A stretch of 64,000 nucleotides of DNA, taken from assembly GCA_947259975.1 (NCBI GenBank), contig CAMYOD010000077.1, positions 8,473 through 72,472 on the forward strand. The letters run 5' to 3'. Position numbers and translations under genes: made by a program. Below are positions 41,354 to 52,830 of the stretch, one piece after another. Position 1 is the stretch's first letter. The number at the start of each line of letters is the position of its first letter. The notes beneath the pieces were generated by a model that did no database searches, was not told the DNA's origin, and saw only the letters and a list, made by a program, of their open reading frames with translations. This DNA comes from an uncultured Gammaproteobacteria bacterium. Its GTDB lineage: Bacteria > Pseudomonadota > Gammaproteobacteria > HyVt-429.

Positions 41354-42011
41354 GGGCCTCGATCCAGTTCATAATTTCTCCGGGTGTTTGGATCATAGCA
41401 TCCGCGCCCCAGGCGGCCGGATCTTCATCCTCCGCGATGTAGCCGAACAGGGCCACCAAAGTATGGGTGCCGGCCTGCTTGCCCGCTTCGATGTCCCGGT
41501 GCGCGTCACCCACATACACGCATTGTGCCGGCGTGCTGCCGGCAAGCTCGCAGGCGTGCAGCATGGGCTCGGGATGGGGTTTGCGATTGTTGGTGGTGTC
41601 GCCGCTGATGACACAGACCGCGTCACGATCGACGCCGAGTTGTTCGACCAGCGGATCGGTGAGATAGGCGGGCTTGTTGGTGACAATACCCCAGTTCAGG
41701 CCTTTGGCGGTGATTCGCTGCAGTAGTTCCGGCATGCCGGCGAACAGGGTGGTCTGGTCGCAGATGTTCTCGAGGTAGATTTCGAGAAAGCGTTTGCGCA
41801 ATGCGTCGAAGCCGGCATCGCCGGGGTGCGCATCGAAGCCGACGCGCAGCAGGGCGTTGGCGCCGTTGGACACATGGGGGCGAATTGCAGCGAAGGCCAG
41901 AGGGTCCATGCCCCGTTCCAGGCGCAGGCGATTGAGGCTCGCGGCCAGATCCGGTGCGGTGTCGGCGAGGGTGCCGTCCAGATCGAAGAGAATCGTGCGG
42001 ATCTCAGTCAT
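41346..42011 (-). CDS. gph: Phosphoglycolate phosphatase-like HAD (Gph/MupP type)
   Basis: [31 protein letters not shown]; next to ubiG. Confidence 0.8.
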   Translation of the reverse strand: MTEIRTILFDLDGTLADTAPDLAASLNRLRLERGMDPLAFAAIRPHVSNGANALLRVGFDAHPGDAGFDALRKRFLEIYLENICDQTTLFAGMPELLQRITAKGLNWGIVTNKPAYLTDPLVEQLGVDRDAVCVISGDTTNNRKPHPEPMLHACELAGSTPAQCVYVGDAHRDIEAGKQAGTHTLVALFGYIAEDEDPAAWGADAMIQTPGEIMNWIEAHA

Positions 42012-42717
42012 CCGCGCGTTGGGAAAACGCGATGTAATTGACGTCCAGGCCCGGCGCCAACCAGTAGTGTTTGGTTACCGGGTTGTAATGCATGCCGGTG
42101 AGATCGCGCACCTGCAAGTCCGCCGCCCGCGCCCACTGCTCCAGTTCCGAGGGGCGGATGAAGTTTTCGTATTCGTGAGTGCCTTTGGGCAAGAGATTCA
42201 ACACATACTCCGCGCCGACGATGGCGAACAGCCAGGCCTTGGGGGTGCGATTGAGGGTGGCGAAGAACACCGCGCCGCCGGGTTTTACCAGTTGCGCGCA
42301 GGCGGCCACGGTGGAGGCCGGGTCGGGCACGTGTTCGAGCATTTCCATGCAGGTGACCACATCGAAGCTGCCCGGCTGCCGCGCCGCCAGTTCCTCGGCG
42401 GTAATTTGCTCGTAATGCACACGCTCGCCGCTTTCTTTCAGGTGCAGTTCCGCCACCGCCAACGGCGCCTTGCCCATGTCGATGCCGGTGACCTGTGCGC
42501 CCTTGGCCGCCATGGCCTCGGCGAGAATGCCGCCGCCGCAGCCCACATCGAGAACGGTCTTACCGCTGAGGCCGACCCGTTCGTCGATGTAGCCCAAACG
42601 CAGGGGATTGATCTCGTGCAGGGGGCGGAACTCGCTGTGCGGATCCCACCAACGCGCGGCCAGGGCCTCGAACTTGGCGATTTCGGCCGGATCGACGTTT
42701 TGGGCGGTGGCGGACAT
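42004..42717 (-). CDS. ubiG: Ubiquinone O-methyltransferase
   Basis: [31 protein letters not shown]. Confidence 0.96.
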   Translation of the reverse strand: MSATAQNVDPAEIAKFEALAARWWDPHSEFRPLHEINPLRLGYIDERVGLSGKTVLDVGCGGGILAEAMAAKGAQVTGIDMGKAPLAVAELHLKESGERVHYEQITAEELAARQPGSFDVVTCMEMLEHVPDPASTVAACAQLVKPGGAVFFATLNRTPKAWLFAIVGAEYVLNLLPKGTHEYENFIRPSELEQWARAADLQVRDLTGMHYNPVTKHYWLAPGLDVNYIAFSQRADD

Positions 42718-42786
42718 TACTATCTATATAAGATGGCGTGCAAGGTAATGGGATTTTATCAGGAAGGCGGGGACTTTTCGTGCGCC

Positions 42787-44103
42787 TCAGGCGCCGCGAA
42801 TCCGGTCGCGCCAGGTGCTGGCCTGGGCGAGGATCCCGGCCTCGTCGAGGGTAATCAGCGCGCCGTGGGCGAGGACCTGGCGGCCCGCGACCCAGACATC
42901 GGTCACCTGATCGCGCCCGGCGGTGTAGACGATCTGCGAGACCGGATCGTAGATCGGCTGACTTGGCAGGCGCGCAAGATCGATGGCGACCACATCGGCG
43001 GCCTTGCCGGGGCGCAGCGAACCGATGCGATCTTCCAGGCCGAGGGCGCGGGCGCCGTTAAGAGTCGCCATGCGCAATGCGGTGTGTGCGGGAATCGCGG
43101 TGGGGTCACCGCTGACGCTTTTTGCCAACAGGGCCGCGGTGCGCATCTCGGCAAGCATATCCAGGTCGTTGTTGCTGGCGGCGCCGTCGGTGCCCAGTGC
43201 CACATTCACGTCCTGCTGCACCAACTCCTGCACCGGACAATAACCACTCGCCAGTTTGAGGTTGGACTCCGGGCAATGCACCACATGCACGCCGCATTCC
43301 TTGAGCGCCTCGATCTCCGGTGCCAACAACTGGGTCATGTGCACGGCCAGGAGCTTGGGGTTCAGCAGGTCGAGACGGCTGAGCCGTTCCAACGGCCGCA
43401 TGTCGAAGCGCGCCATGCTCTCGTCGACTTCATGGGCGGTTTCATGCACGTGCATGTGGATGCGCAAATCCAGTTCGTCGGCGAACATGCGAATCTTGCC
43501 CAGGGACTCGTCGGACACGGTGTAAGGGGCATGGGGCGCGAAGGCGGTGCTAACCAGTTCTGAATGGCGGAACTCGTCGTGCACCGCGAGCCCCTTGTCG
43601 AGATACTCCTGCGCGTCCTGCGCCCAGGCGGTGGGGAATTCGATCATGATGAGGCCGACACAGGCGCGCATGCCGGCAGCGATGCACACCCGCGCTACTT
43701 CATCGGGAAAGAAATACATGTCGTTGAAACAGGTGGTGCCGCTTTTCAACATCTCCGCGATACACAGTTGCGTCCCGTCGTGGATGAACTGTTCGTTGAC
43801 CCATTTCGTCTCCGCGGGCCAGACATGATGATTGAGCCAGTCCATCAGCGGCAGGTCGTCGGCCAGGCCGCGAAACAGGCTCATGGCGGCGTGAGTATGG
43901 GTGTTGACGAGCCCGGGGATAAGCGCGTGGTTGGACAACTCGACCACGGTGGTCGCGTCATAGGTCGCGACGGCCTGCGCGGTGGGCAGCACCGCGACGA
44001 TGTCGCCGTGATGAATGGCGACGCTGTGATGGTCGAGGCAGGCGCCGTCCGGTTCCACCGGAATCACCCAGCGCGCCTTGAGCAGTGTATCGATGGTTTC
44101 CAT
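42787..44103 (-). CDS. mtaD: TRZ/ATZ amidohydrolase (MTA/SAH deaminase)
   Basis: PGLVNTHTH, HVHET, HCPESNLKL, GTDGAASNN; start at ATG 44103. Confidence 0.85.
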   Translation of the reverse strand: METIDTLLKARWVIPVEPDGACLDHHSVAIHHGDIVAVLPTAQAVATYDATTVVELSNHALIPGLVNTHTHAAMSLFRGLADDLPLMDWLNHHVWPAETKWVNEQFIHDGTQLCIAEMLKSGTTCFNDMYFFPDEVARVCIAAGMRACVGLIMIEFPTAWAQDAQEYLDKGLAVHDEFRHSELVSTAFAPHAPYTVSDESLGKIRMFADELDLRIHMHVHETAHEVDESMARFDMRPLERLSRLDLLNPKLLAVHMTQLLAPEIEALKECGVHVVHCPESNLKLASGYCPVQELVQQDVNVALGTDGAASNNDLDMLAEMRTAALLAKSVSGDPTAIPAHTALRMATLNGARALGLEDRIGSLRPGKAADVVAIDLARLPSQPIYDPVSQIVYTAGRDQVTDVWVAGRQVLAHGALITLDEAGILAQASTWRDRIRGA

Positions 44104-44213
44104 GGCCGCGCACACGATAGCGGTGCGTTGCCGCCGGGGCAAGGGATTTGCGCGCACCGCGCAGCCGCTCGGCGGCGCTTGTCTTCCGCCGAAGGCGGGG
44201 CTATGTTGCCGAC

Positions 44214-45293
44214 ATGAGCGATCCCCATCACGATAGCGTGCAAGCCATAGTCTGGCGCGAGGATGCCCTGCAGCTACTCGACCAACGCCTGCTGCCACAG
44301 CAGGAGACGTATCTCACCCTAACCGAAGTTGCCGAGGTTGCGGCGGCCATTCGCGACATGGTGGTGCGCGGCGCGCCGGCGATCGGCATTACCGCCGCCT
44401 ATGGACTGGTGTTGGCGGCGCGGGAACGCTACCGCGAGAACCCGGACGACTGGACCGTCGCGCTGGGCCAGGACGCCGCCTTGTTGCTGGCGGCCCGGCC
44501 CACGGCGGTGAATCTCAAATGGGCATTGGCGCGGCTGCAGGCGCGGGTGAAGGCCGGCATCGACGGCGATCCGGAACCTGTGCTTCTAGTTGAGGCACAG
44601 GCAATTCACGCCGAGGACGTGGCGGCGAACCGGCACATGGGCGCCCTGGGCGCCGCGTTGCTATCGCCGCACAGCGGCGTGCTCACCCACTGCAACACCG
44701 GTGCGCTCGCCACCGGCGGCTACGGCACCGCGCTCGGAGTGATTCGCGCCGGCGTGGCGGTGGGAACGATCGAGCGGGTGTATGCGGACGAGACCCGGCC
44801 CTGGTTGCAGGGGGCGCGATTGACCGCGTGGGAGTTGTTGCAAGACGACATTCCGGTCACATTGATCGCGGATGGGGCCGCGGCGCTGCTCATGCAGCAG
44901 GGGCAGGTGCACTGGCTCATCGTCGGCGCGGATCGTATCGCCGCCAACGGCGACGTCGCGAACAAGATCGGCACCTATACCGCAGCGTTGGTGGCACGTC
45001 ACCATGGGGTCAAGGTTATGGTGGTGGCCCCCACCAGCACCGTGGATCTGGACACGCCGGATGGGGCCGCGATTCCCATCGAGCAGCGGGACGCAGCGGA
45101 ATTGTTGCGCATCGCCGGGGCACCCATCGCACCACCCGATGCCGACGCCTGGAACCCGGTGTTCGATATCACCCCCGCCGCATTGATCGATGCCATCGTC
45201 ACCGAAAAGGGGGTCGTGCAAGCCCCCGATACTGCCAAGCTTCGCGCCATGATGGCGAGCGATTCGCCCGCCATTGCGACCGCCAATGCCTAG
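44214..45293 (+). CDS. mtnA: Methylthioribose-1-phosphate isomerase
   Basis: [34 protein letters not shown]. Confidence 0.94.
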   Translation: MSDPHHDSVQAIVWREDALQLLDQRLLPQQETYLTLTEVAEVAAAIRDMVVRGAPAIGITAAYGLVLAARERYRENPDDWTVALGQDAALLLAARPTAVNLKWALARLQARVKAGIDGDPEPVLLVEAQAIHAEDVAANRHMGALGAALLSPHSGVLTHCNTGALATGGYGTALGVIRAGVAVGTIERVYADETRPWLQGARLTAWELLQDDIPVTLIADGAAALLMQQGQVHWLIVGADRIAANGDVANKIGTYTAALVARHHGVKVMVVAPTSTVDLDTPDGAAIPIEQRDAAELLRIAGAPIAPPDADAWNPVFDITPAALIDAIVTEKGVVQAPDTAKLRAMMASDSPAIATANA

Positions 45294-45468
45294 TATTTTC
45301 CTCACCTAAAAAGAGCCTCGCCGCACGTGCGGCGGGGGTGCGGTTCGTGGTAGAATTCCGTTTTTATTTCTGCGCCCGACCAACATAATAAACTATTGTT
45401 TTTAAACATTATTTTGCTTTCCCGGAAACCCCGCCGGGAATCCATCTGCTGGTAACAAAAAACACCTC

Positions 45469-48051
45469 ATGACCGAGACCTTCGCGAAAGAAACGGTACC
45501 CGCCAATCTCGAACAGGAAATGCGGCAGTCCTACCTGGATTACGCCATGAGCGTGATCGTCGGCCGGGCCCTGCCGGACGTCCGCGACGGGCTCAAGCCG
45601 GTGCACCGCCGCGTGCTCTATGCCATGCACGAGATGGGCAACGACTGGAACAAGGCCTACAAGAAGTCCGCCCGCGTGGTCGGTAACGTCATCGGTAAAT
45701 ATCACCCGCACGGCGACACCGCGGTTTACGACACCATCGTGCGCATGGCGCAGAGTTTCTCTCTGCGCTATCCGCTGGTGGATGGTCAGGGCAACTTCGG
45801 CTCGGTGGACGGGGACTCACCGGCGGCCATGCGTTACACCGAAATCCGCCTGGCGCGTATCGCCCACGAACTGCTCGCGGACATCGATCGCGATACCGTG
45901 GATTTCGGGCCCAACTACGACGAAACCGAAACCCAGCCCCTGGTGCTGCCGACGCGCACACCCAATCTGCTGGTCAACGGATCCTCGGGGATCGCGGTGG
46001 GCATGGCGACCAATGTGCCGCCGCATAACCTCAACGAGGTGATCGATGCCTGTCTCGCGCTGATCGACAATGCAGAAATCAGCATCGACGAACTCATGGA
46101 GCGGGTGCCGGGACCGGATTTTCCCACCGCCGGCATCATCAACGGCAGCCGTGGCATCCGCGAGGCCTATCGCACCGGGCGCGGCAAGATCTATGTGCGC
46201 GCGCGGGCGGAAATCGAAGTCGATGAAAAACGCAATCGCGAGACCATCATCGTCCACGAGCTGCCCTACCAGGTGAACAAGGCCCGGTTATTGGAGAAGA
46301 TCGCCGAACTGGTCAAGCTCAAGCGCGTCGAAGGTATCTCCGAACTGCGCGACGAGTCGGACAAGAACGGCATGCGTATGGTGATCGAACTGCGCCGCGG
46401 CGAAGTCGGCGAGGTGGTGCTGAACAATCTCTATCGTCACACGCAGATGCAGACCGTGTTCGGTATTAACATGGTCGCCCTGGCGAACAATCAGCCGCGT
46501 CTGTTCAATCTCAAGGAACTGCTGGAAGAGTTCGTACGTCACCGCCGTGAGGTGGTTACCCGGCGCACCATTTACGATCTGGGTAAGGCGCGGGATCGGG
46601 CGCATCTGCTGGAAGGCCTCGCGGTGGCGATCGCCAACATCGATCCGGTGATCGCGCTGATCAAGGCGGCCGCCAATCCGGCGGAGGCGAAACAGAAACT
46701 GATGGCGCAGGTCTGGAAGTCGGGCGTCGTCGCCGAGATGTTGCAACGCGCGGGGGCGGAGATGTCACGCCCGGAGGGCCTGGCGGATAACTACGGTTTG
46801 CACGAAGACGGCTACCGGCTCTCGCCGGAGCAGGCTCAGGCGATTCTGGATTTGCGCCTGCATCGTCTTACCGCCCTGGAGCAGGACAAGATTCGCGACG
46901 AGTACGGCGAGATCCTCGACCGCATCAAGGACCTGCTGGAGATTCTCGAGAGCCCGGATCGGCTCATGCAGGTGATCCGCGAGGAATTGAACGAGGTGCG
47001 GGAGCGCTATGGTGATGTGCGGCGCACCGAGATTGTCACCACTGCGATCGATCTCACCACCGAGGACCTGATCGCCGAAGAGGACGTGGTCGTGACCCTG
47101 TCCCACGCCGGTTACGTGAAGGCGCAGCCGGTGGCGGAATATCGCGCACAGCGTCGCGGCGGCAAGGGCAAGACCGCGACACGCATGAAGGAAGCGGATT
47201 TCGTCGACCATCTGTTTGTCGCCAACACCCACGACACAGTGCTGTGCTTCTCCGATCTCGGCAAGGTGTACTGGTCCAAGGTCTACCAGCTGCCGATTGC
47301 GGGCCGCACTGCGCGCGGCCGCCCGATTGTCAACTTCTTCCCCCTGCAGCCGGAAGAAAAGGTCACTGCGGTCTTGCCGATCCGGGAATTCGAGGAAGGT
47401 AAGTTCGTGTTCATGTGTACTTCCGACGGCACCGTGAAAAAGACCGCGTTGAAGGATTTCTCCCGCCCCCGCGCCAGTGGCATCATCGCCATCGATCTGC
47501 GCCCGGGCACGCAACTGGTGGGTGTCGGTCTCACGGAGGGCGTGCAGGACATCCTCTTGTTCAGCGATGCCGGCAAGGTGGTGCGTTTCGCCGAGAGTGA
47601 CGTGCGGCCCATGGGTCGCACCGCGCGCGGTGTGCGCGGCGTGGGGCTGAAACCGGGCCAGAATGTGATTTCCCAGATCATCGCCAGCACCGGCCCGGGC
47701 GAGGTCGCGACGGCGGTGCTGACCGCGACCGAGAACGGCTACGGCAAGCGTACCCGGCTGGACGAATTTCCTGTCCACAAACGCGGCGGGCAGGGCGTGA
47801 TCTCGATCCAGGTCAGCGAACGCAACGGTGACGTGGTTGCCGCGCGCCTGGTCGAGGACGAGAGCGAGGCGATGTTGATCACCACGACCGGCACCCTGAT
47901 CCGTACTCGCGTCGGCGAGATCTCGGTGCAAGGCCGTAACACGCAGGGGGTGCGCTTGATCGATCTGGATGCCGACGAGAAGCTGGCCGGTCTGGAGAAG
48001 GTCGAAGAGTCACCCCCCGAAGCGGACGAATCCGCCGAAGTGGACGATTAA
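45469..48051 (+). CDS. gyrA: DNA gyrase subunit A
   Basis: [21 protein letters not shown], GyrA box QRRGGKG. Confidence 0.98.
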   Translation: MTETFAKETVPANLEQEMRQSYLDYAMSVIVGRALPDVRDGLKPVHRRVLYAMHEMGNDWNKAYKKSARVVGNVIGKYHPHGDTAVYDTIVRMAQSFSLRYPLVDGQGNFGSVDGDSPAAMRYTEIRLARIAHELLADIDRDTVDFGPNYDETETQPLVLPTRTPNLLVNGSSGIAVGMATNVPPHNLNEVIDACLALIDNAEISIDELMERVPGPDFPTAGIINGSRGIREAYRTGRGKIYVRARAEIEVDEKRNRETIIVHELPYQVNKARLLEKIAELVKLKRVEGISELRDESDKNGMRMVIELRRGEVGEVVLNNLYRHTQMQTVFGINMVALANNQPRLFNLKELLEEFVRHRREVVTRRTIYDLGKARDRAHLLEGLAVAIANIDPVIALIKAAANPAEAKQKLMAQVWKSGVVAEMLQRAGAEMSRPEGLADNYGLHEDGYRLSPEQAQAILDLRLHRLTALEQDKIRDEYGEILDRIKDLLEILESPDRLMQVIREELNEVRERYGDVRRTEIVTTAIDLTTEDLIAEEDVVVTLSHAGYVKAQPVAEYRAQRRGGKGKTATRMKEADFVDHLFVANTHDTVLCFSDLGKVYWSKVYQLPIAGRTARGRPIVNFFPLQPEEKVTAVLPIREFEEGKFVFMCTSDGTVKKTALKDFSRPRASGIIAIDLRPGTQLVGVGLTEGVQDILLFSDAGKVVRFAESDVRPMGRTARGVRGVGLKPGQNVISQIIASTGPGEVATAVLTATENGYGKRTRLDEFPVHKRGGQGVISIQVSERNGDVVAARLVEDESEAMLITTTGTLIRTRVGEISVQGRNTQGVRLIDLDADEKLAGLEKVEESPPEADESAEVDD

Positions 48052-48090
48052 GTCACACTTACAATTTAACCATCGCAGGATTAACAATTA

Positions 48091-49176
48091 ATGAGCCGAG
48101 TATTTAATTTCAGCGCGGGACCCGCCGTACTGCCCGAAGACGTTCTCGATACCGCACGCGGCGAGATGCTCGACTGGCGGGGCAGCGGTATGTCGGTCAT
48201 GGAGATGAGCCATCGCGGCGCCGAGTTCATGGAGATCGCGAGTCAGGCCGAGGCCGATCTGCGCGAGCTGATGAACATTCCGTCGAACTACAAGGTGTTG
48301 TTCCTGCAGGGCGGCGCCACCAGCCAGTTCGCCATGGTGCCGTTGAATCTGCTGCGCGGGAAAGGCGGCGCCGACTATCTCAATACCGGGCACTGGTCGA
48401 AGAAGGCCATCGCCGAGGCGAAGCGCTTCTGCGAGGTGAACGTGGTCGCCTCCACCGAGGAGTCCAAATTCACCACGCTGCCGTCCCAGGATGCCCTGCA
48501 GTTCGATCCGAAAGCGGCCTACGTGCATTACACGCCCAACGAAACTATCGCCGGGGTCGAATTTCACTGGGTGCCGGACACCGCTGACGTGCCCCTGGTG
48601 GCGGATATGTCCTCGACGATTTTGTCGCGGCCGCTGGATGTGTCTCGTTATGGCGTAATTTATGCCGGCGCACAGAAGAACATCGGTCCCGCCGGGGTCA
48701 CCGTGGTGATCGTGCGCGAAGATCTGATCGGGCAGGCGGCAGAGAGCACACCGTCCATGTTCAATTATCAGGTGCATGCCGAGGCCGGCTCCATGTCGAA
48801 CACTCCGCCCACCTATGCCTGGTACATGGCGGGCCTGGTGTTCGCCAAACTCAAGCGCGACGGCGGGTTGGCGGCGATGGCGGCGACCAATCAGCGCAAG
48901 GCCGGCAAGCTCTACGATTGCATCGACAATTCGGGCGGGTTCTACAAGAACCCGGTGGATCCGCATTGCCGTTCGTGGATGAATGTGCCGTTCACCCTCG
49001 TCGATGACGCGCTCGACAAGACCTTCCTGAGCGAGACCAAGGCGGCCGGCATGGTGCAGCTCAAGGGTCATCGTTCGGTGGGCGGGATGCGCGCGAGTAT
49101 TTATAACGCCATGCCGGAAGCCGGTGTGGATGCCCTGATTGATTTCATGAACGATTTCAAAAATCGCAATGGCTAA
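48091..49176 (+). CDS. serC: Phosphoserine aminotransferase
   Basis: NFSAGPA, GAQKNIGP, GHRSVGGMRAS. Confidence 0.97.
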   Translation: MSRVFNFSAGPAVLPEDVLDTARGEMLDWRGSGMSVMEMSHRGAEFMEIASQAEADLRELMNIPSNYKVLFLQGGATSQFAMVPLNLLRGKGGADYLNTGHWSKKAIAEAKRFCEVNVVASTEESKFTTLPSQDALQFDPKAAYVHYTPNETIAGVEFHWVPDTADVPLVADMSSTILSRPLDVSRYGVIYAGAQKNIGPAGVTVVIVREDLIGQAAESTPSMFNYQVHAEAGSMSNTPPTYAWYMAGLVFAKLKRDGGLAAMAATNQRKAGKLYDCIDNSGGFYKNPVDPHCRSWMNVPFTLVDDALDKTFLSETKAAGMVQLKGHRSVGGMRASIYNAMPEAGVDALIDFMNDFKNRNG

Positions 49177-49181
49177 TTCTT

Positions 49182-50345
49182 ATGTATAACGTTCTCATTC
49201 TGAATAACATCGCCGATGTAGGCCTGGAGCGCCTGCCCAAAGAGAATTACAAGGTCGGTGAAGATGTGTCCGATCCGGATGCGATTCTGCTGCGCTCTTT
49301 CAAGATGCATGACATGGAGATCCCCACCTCACTCAAGGCGGTGGGTCGTGCCGGTGCCGGTGTCAACAACATCCCGGTGGATAAGCTCACCAAGCTGGGG
49401 GTGCCGGTGTTCAACGCCCCGGGCGCCAATGCCAATGCGGTGAAGGAGCTGGTGGTCGCGGGCCTGCTGCTGGCGGCGCGCAATATCTGTCCGGCCTGGG
49501 ATTACACCCGTGCCCTGGAAGGCGAAGATGCCGCCATTTCCAAACAAGTAGAGGCGGGGAAGAAAAAATTCGCCGGTATCGAACTGCCCGGGCGCACCCT
49601 CGGCGTGGTAGGGCTGGGTGCCATCGGCCGCTCGGTGGCGAATATCGCGCTTACCATGGGCATGAAAGTGGTTGGCTTCGACCCGAAATTGACCGTCGAA
49701 GGGGCGTGGCAATTGTCCGCCGACGTGGAGCGCGCGGAGAACCTCGAAGCGTTGCTAGCCAAAGTGGACTTCGTAAGCTTCCATGTGCCCTTCAGCGAAG
49801 CAACTCGTGACATGCTCAACGAGAAGACCGTCGGCGCAATGAAGGACGGCGCCACGATCCTGAATTTCGCCCGCGACGGCATCATCGATGACAAGGCCGT
49901 GGTGGCCGCGCTGGACGCGGGCAAGCTGCGAACCTATGTCACCGATTTCCCCAACGGCCTGTTGCTTGGGCATCCGCGGGTGATCGGCTTGCCCCATCTG
50001 GGTGCCTCCACCGCCGAGGCGGAGGAGAACTGCGCGGTCATGGTGGCGGAGCAGGTGCGCGACTTTCTCGAAAACGGCAACATACAGAACTCGGTGAACT
50101 TCCCGGCGGTTCGTATGCCGCGGGGATCAGAACATCGCCTGGTGGTGGCCAATGCCAACGTGCCGAACATGCTCGGTCAGATCTCCACTGCCATGGCCGA
50201 GGCCGGGCTCAATATTCACGATATGATCAATCAATCCCGTGGCGACATGGCCTACACGGTAGTGGATACCGACAGCCCGGTGCCCGCCGAGGTCTTGAAA
50301 AAGATCGCGCACATCGATGGCGTTGCGATGGCGCGCTGTCTATGA
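49182..50345 (+). CDS. serA: D-3-phosphoglycerate dehydrogenase with ACT domain
   Basis: RAGAGVNN, GLGAIG, PHLGAST; follows serC. Confidence 0.85.
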   Translation: MYNVLILNNIADVGLERLPKENYKVGEDVSDPDAILLRSFKMHDMEIPTSLKAVGRAGAGVNNIPVDKLTKLGVPVFNAPGANANAVKELVVAGLLLAARNICPAWDYTRALEGEDAAISKQVEAGKKKFAGIELPGRTLGVVGLGAIGRSVANIALTMGMKVVGFDPKLTVEGAWQLSADVERAENLEALLAKVDFVSFHVPFSEATRDMLNEKTVGAMKDGATILNFARDGIIDDKAVVAALDAGKLRTYVTDFPNGLLLGHPRVIGLPHLGASTAEAEENCAVMVAEQVRDFLENGNIQNSVNFPAVRMPRGSEHRLVVANANVPNMLGQISTAMAEAGLNIHDMINQSRGDMAYTVVDTDSPVPAEVLKKIAHIDGVAMARCL

Positions 50346-50381
50346 TGTAGGCCGGCATAAACACGAATAACACGGCGCAGG

Positions 50382-51464
50382 ATGAGCAACGACAAATCAC
50401 TTAAGGACCTGCGGGCGCGGATCGACGAAATTGACGAACAGCTTCACGCGTTGATCAATCAGCGTGCCGAGCTGGCGCAGCAGACCGCGGCACATAAGCA
50501 GGCGACGGGCGAGACGGTGTGTTATCGCCCGGAGCGTGAGGCGGATATCCTCAGGCGCGTCATCGAACGCAATCAGGGCCCACTGCCGGACGACGATGTT
50601 GCGCGCATCTTTCGCGAGATCATGTCTGCCTGCCTGGCGGTGGAAACGCCGCTGACCATCGCGTTTCTCGGCCCGGAAGGCACCTTCACTCAGGCCGCGG
50701 CTCTCAAGCACTTCGGGCATTCCGTCAACACCGTGCCGCTCGCCGCGATCGACGAAGTGTTCCGCGAGGTCGAGGCCGGCAATGCGGATTTCGGCGTCGT
50801 GCCGGTGGAAAACTCCACCGAGGGCGTGGTCAGTCATACCCTGGATATGTTTCTCAACTCCAACCTCAAGATCTGCGGCGAGGTCGAGTTTCGTATTCAT
50901 CATCATTTGCTGTCCGCGGCGGACAGTCTGGCCGATATCAAGACCGTAATTTCGCACCGGCAGTCACTGGCCCAGTGTCGCGAGTGGCTGGCCGCCAATC
51001 TGCCGGGGGTGGAAATCATGGACGTCAGCAGCAACGCGGAGGCCGCCAAACGGGTGGCGGGGGATCCGCAGGCGGCGGCCATCGCCGGCAGCATGGCGGC
51101 GGAACTCTATGGCCTGAAGATCCTCGCCGGCAATATCGAGGACAGCCCCGAGAATACGACACGTTTTCTGATCATCGGCAGCCTCGCGGCGGGCCCCAGC
51201 GGCAATGACAAGACCAGCTTCGTGGTCTCCAGCGCCAACCGACCCGGCGCGCTGTACCGGCTGCTGCAGCCGTTGGCACGGCACGATGTGAGTATGAGTC
51301 GAATCGAATCGCGGCCGTCGCGCAAGGGCCTGTGGGAATATGTGTTCTTCGTCGACGTCGAGGGCCATATCGCGGATGCCAATGTGCAAGCGGCGGTCAG
51401 CGACCTGGAGAATGAAGCCGGCCTGCTCAAGTTGCTCGGCTCCTATCCGAAAGCGGTGCTTTGA
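50382..51464 (+). CDS. pheA: Chorismate mutase/prephenate dehydratase
   Basis: LGPEGTF, PVENSTEG, NTTRF, IESRPS. Confidence 0.95.
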   Translation: MSNDKSLKDLRARIDEIDEQLHALINQRAELAQQTAAHKQATGETVCYRPEREADILRRVIERNQGPLPDDDVARIFREIMSACLAVETPLTIAFLGPEGTFTQAAALKHFGHSVNTVPLAAIDEVFREVEAGNADFGVVPVENSTEGVVSHTLDMFLNSNLKICGEVEFRIHHHLLSAADSLADIKTVISHRQSLAQCREWLAANLPGVEIMDVSSNAEAAKRVAGDPQAAAIAGSMAAELYGLKILAGNIEDSPENTTRFLIIGSLAAGPSGNDKTSFVVSSANRPGALYRLLQPLARHDVSMSRIESRPSRKGLWEYVFFVDVEGHIADANVQAAVSDLENEAGLLKLLGSYPKAVL

Positions 51465-51467
51465 GTC

Positions 51468-52568
51468 ATGCGTGCCGCCGATCTGGCGAATCCTGGCGTC
51501 TGTAAACTCGAGCCTTATCAGCCGGGTAAACCCATCGAGGCCCTTGAGCGCGACTATGGGATTCGCGATGCCATCAAGCTGGCCTCGAACGAGAATCCCA
51601 TCGGACCGTCGCCGCAGGCGCTGGATGCGGTGCGCGGCGCCCTGCCGGAGATTGCGCGTTATCCAGAAGGAGACGGGCCGGAACTCAAGGCGCGCCTGGC
51701 ATCGCGGCTCGGTGTCGCGGCGGAGCAAATCACGCTGGGTAACGGCTCCAACGATGTGCTCGATCTGGTGGCGCGCACCTTCGCCGGCCCGGGCCACGAA
51801 GTCGTCTTCTCCCAATACGGTTTTCTGGTCTACGCCCTGGTGACCCAGGCCGTGGGGGCGCGACCGGTGACGGTGCCGGCGCAGGACTGGGGTCACGATC
51901 TCGAGGCTATCCTCGCCTCGGTTAACGCGGCCACCCGTATCGTTTATCTCGCGAATCCGAACAATCCCACCGGCACCTGGTTCGGTGCCGCGGCCCTGGA
52001 GCAGTTTCTCGAGGTCATGCCCGAGCATGTGATCGTGGTGCTGGACGAGGCCTACTTCGAGTACGTCGCCGAGACCGACTACCCCAATGGCATCGAACTG
52101 CTGGACAAGTATCCGCAGCTCGTGGTGACGCGCACCTTCTCCAAGGCCTACGGTCTGGCCGGACTACGCATGGGCTATGCGGTATCGAGCGGGGACATCG
52201 CCGACCTGCTCAACCGGGTGCGTCAGCCGTTCAATGTGAACAGCCTGGCGCAGGCGGCCGCGCTGGCCGCGCTGGACGATGAGGCGCATCTGACGAATGT
52301 CTGCCAACTCAACCGAGACGGTCTCGCGCAATGTTACGCCGGCCTCGCGGACTTGGCGTTGCCCTATATTCCGTCGGTGGCGAATTTCGTCAGCGTGGAA
52401 GTAGGCGATGCGAGCGGGGCGATCTATGAGGCGCTGCTGCGTGCCGGGGTCATCGTACGCCCGCTGGCGAACTACGACATGCCACGGCATCTGCGTGTTA
52501 GCATCGGCCGCGCCGAGGAGAACCGGCGCGCGCTGGACGCGCTCGCCGCGGCATTGGGGGCAACGTGA
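51468..52568 (+). CDS. hisC: Histidinol-phosphate aminotransferase
   Basis: KLASNENP, NPNNPTG, RTFSKAYGLAGLR. Confidence 0.93.
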   Translation: MRAADLANPGVCKLEPYQPGKPIEALERDYGIRDAIKLASNENPIGPSPQALDAVRGALPEIARYPEGDGPELKARLASRLGVAAEQITLGNGSNDVLDLVARTFAGPGHEVVFSQYGFLVYALVTQAVGARPVTVPAQDWGHDLEAILASVNAATRIVYLANPNNPTGTWFGAAALEQFLEVMPEHVIVVLDEAYFEYVAETDYPNGIELLDKYPQLVVTRTFSKAYGLAGLRMGYAVSSGDIADLLNRVRQPFNVNSLAQAAALAALDDEAHLTNVCQLNRDGLAQCYAGLADLALPYIPSVANFVSVEVGDASGAIYEALLRAGVIVRPLANYDMPRHLRVSIGRAEENRRALDALAAALGAT

Positions 52569-52574
52569 TGATCA

Positions 52575-52757
52575 CGGCAGTGGCTCGATCTACCCAGTTG
52601 CCGCACGCCGCCTGGATGCCCGCCGCGCTTAATCTCGCGGGACGTCCTTGTCCCGCTCGAATCGCGACCTTGCGCTTCGCTGCCCCTGCGTCGCGCAAGG
52701 TCGGACGACGCTTGGCGGGCCTTCAGTCGCCGTGGAAGATAAACTGAACCCTTCCCG
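52575..52757. repeat. Highly structured intergenic element (REP/MITE-like)
   Basis: Nested stems gcgggac/gtcccgc, gaccttgcgc/gcgcaaggtc, gcccgcc/ggcgggc. Confidence 0.5.
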
Positions 52758-52771
52758 CTCCACGGGGTTCC

Positions 52772-52800
52772 TTGCAGTATTTTTTACGCAAAATCATAAT
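52772..52800 (+). promoter_or_regulatory. sigma70-like promoter upstream of tyrA
   Basis: TTGCAG-17 bp-CATAAT in an AT-rich patch. Confidence 0.55.
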
Positions 52801-52830
52801 GATATCTTTGGTAATTAAGGTTTCACTTTA

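Noticed and set aside
41794..43563. 589-aa plus-strand ORF and many other long antisense ORFs
   Set aside because: These are shadow frames of well-supported genes, expected in high-GC DNA.
52565..52747. 60-aa ORF between hisC and tyrA
   Set aside because: No recognisable protein features; the region is better explained as a structured repeat.
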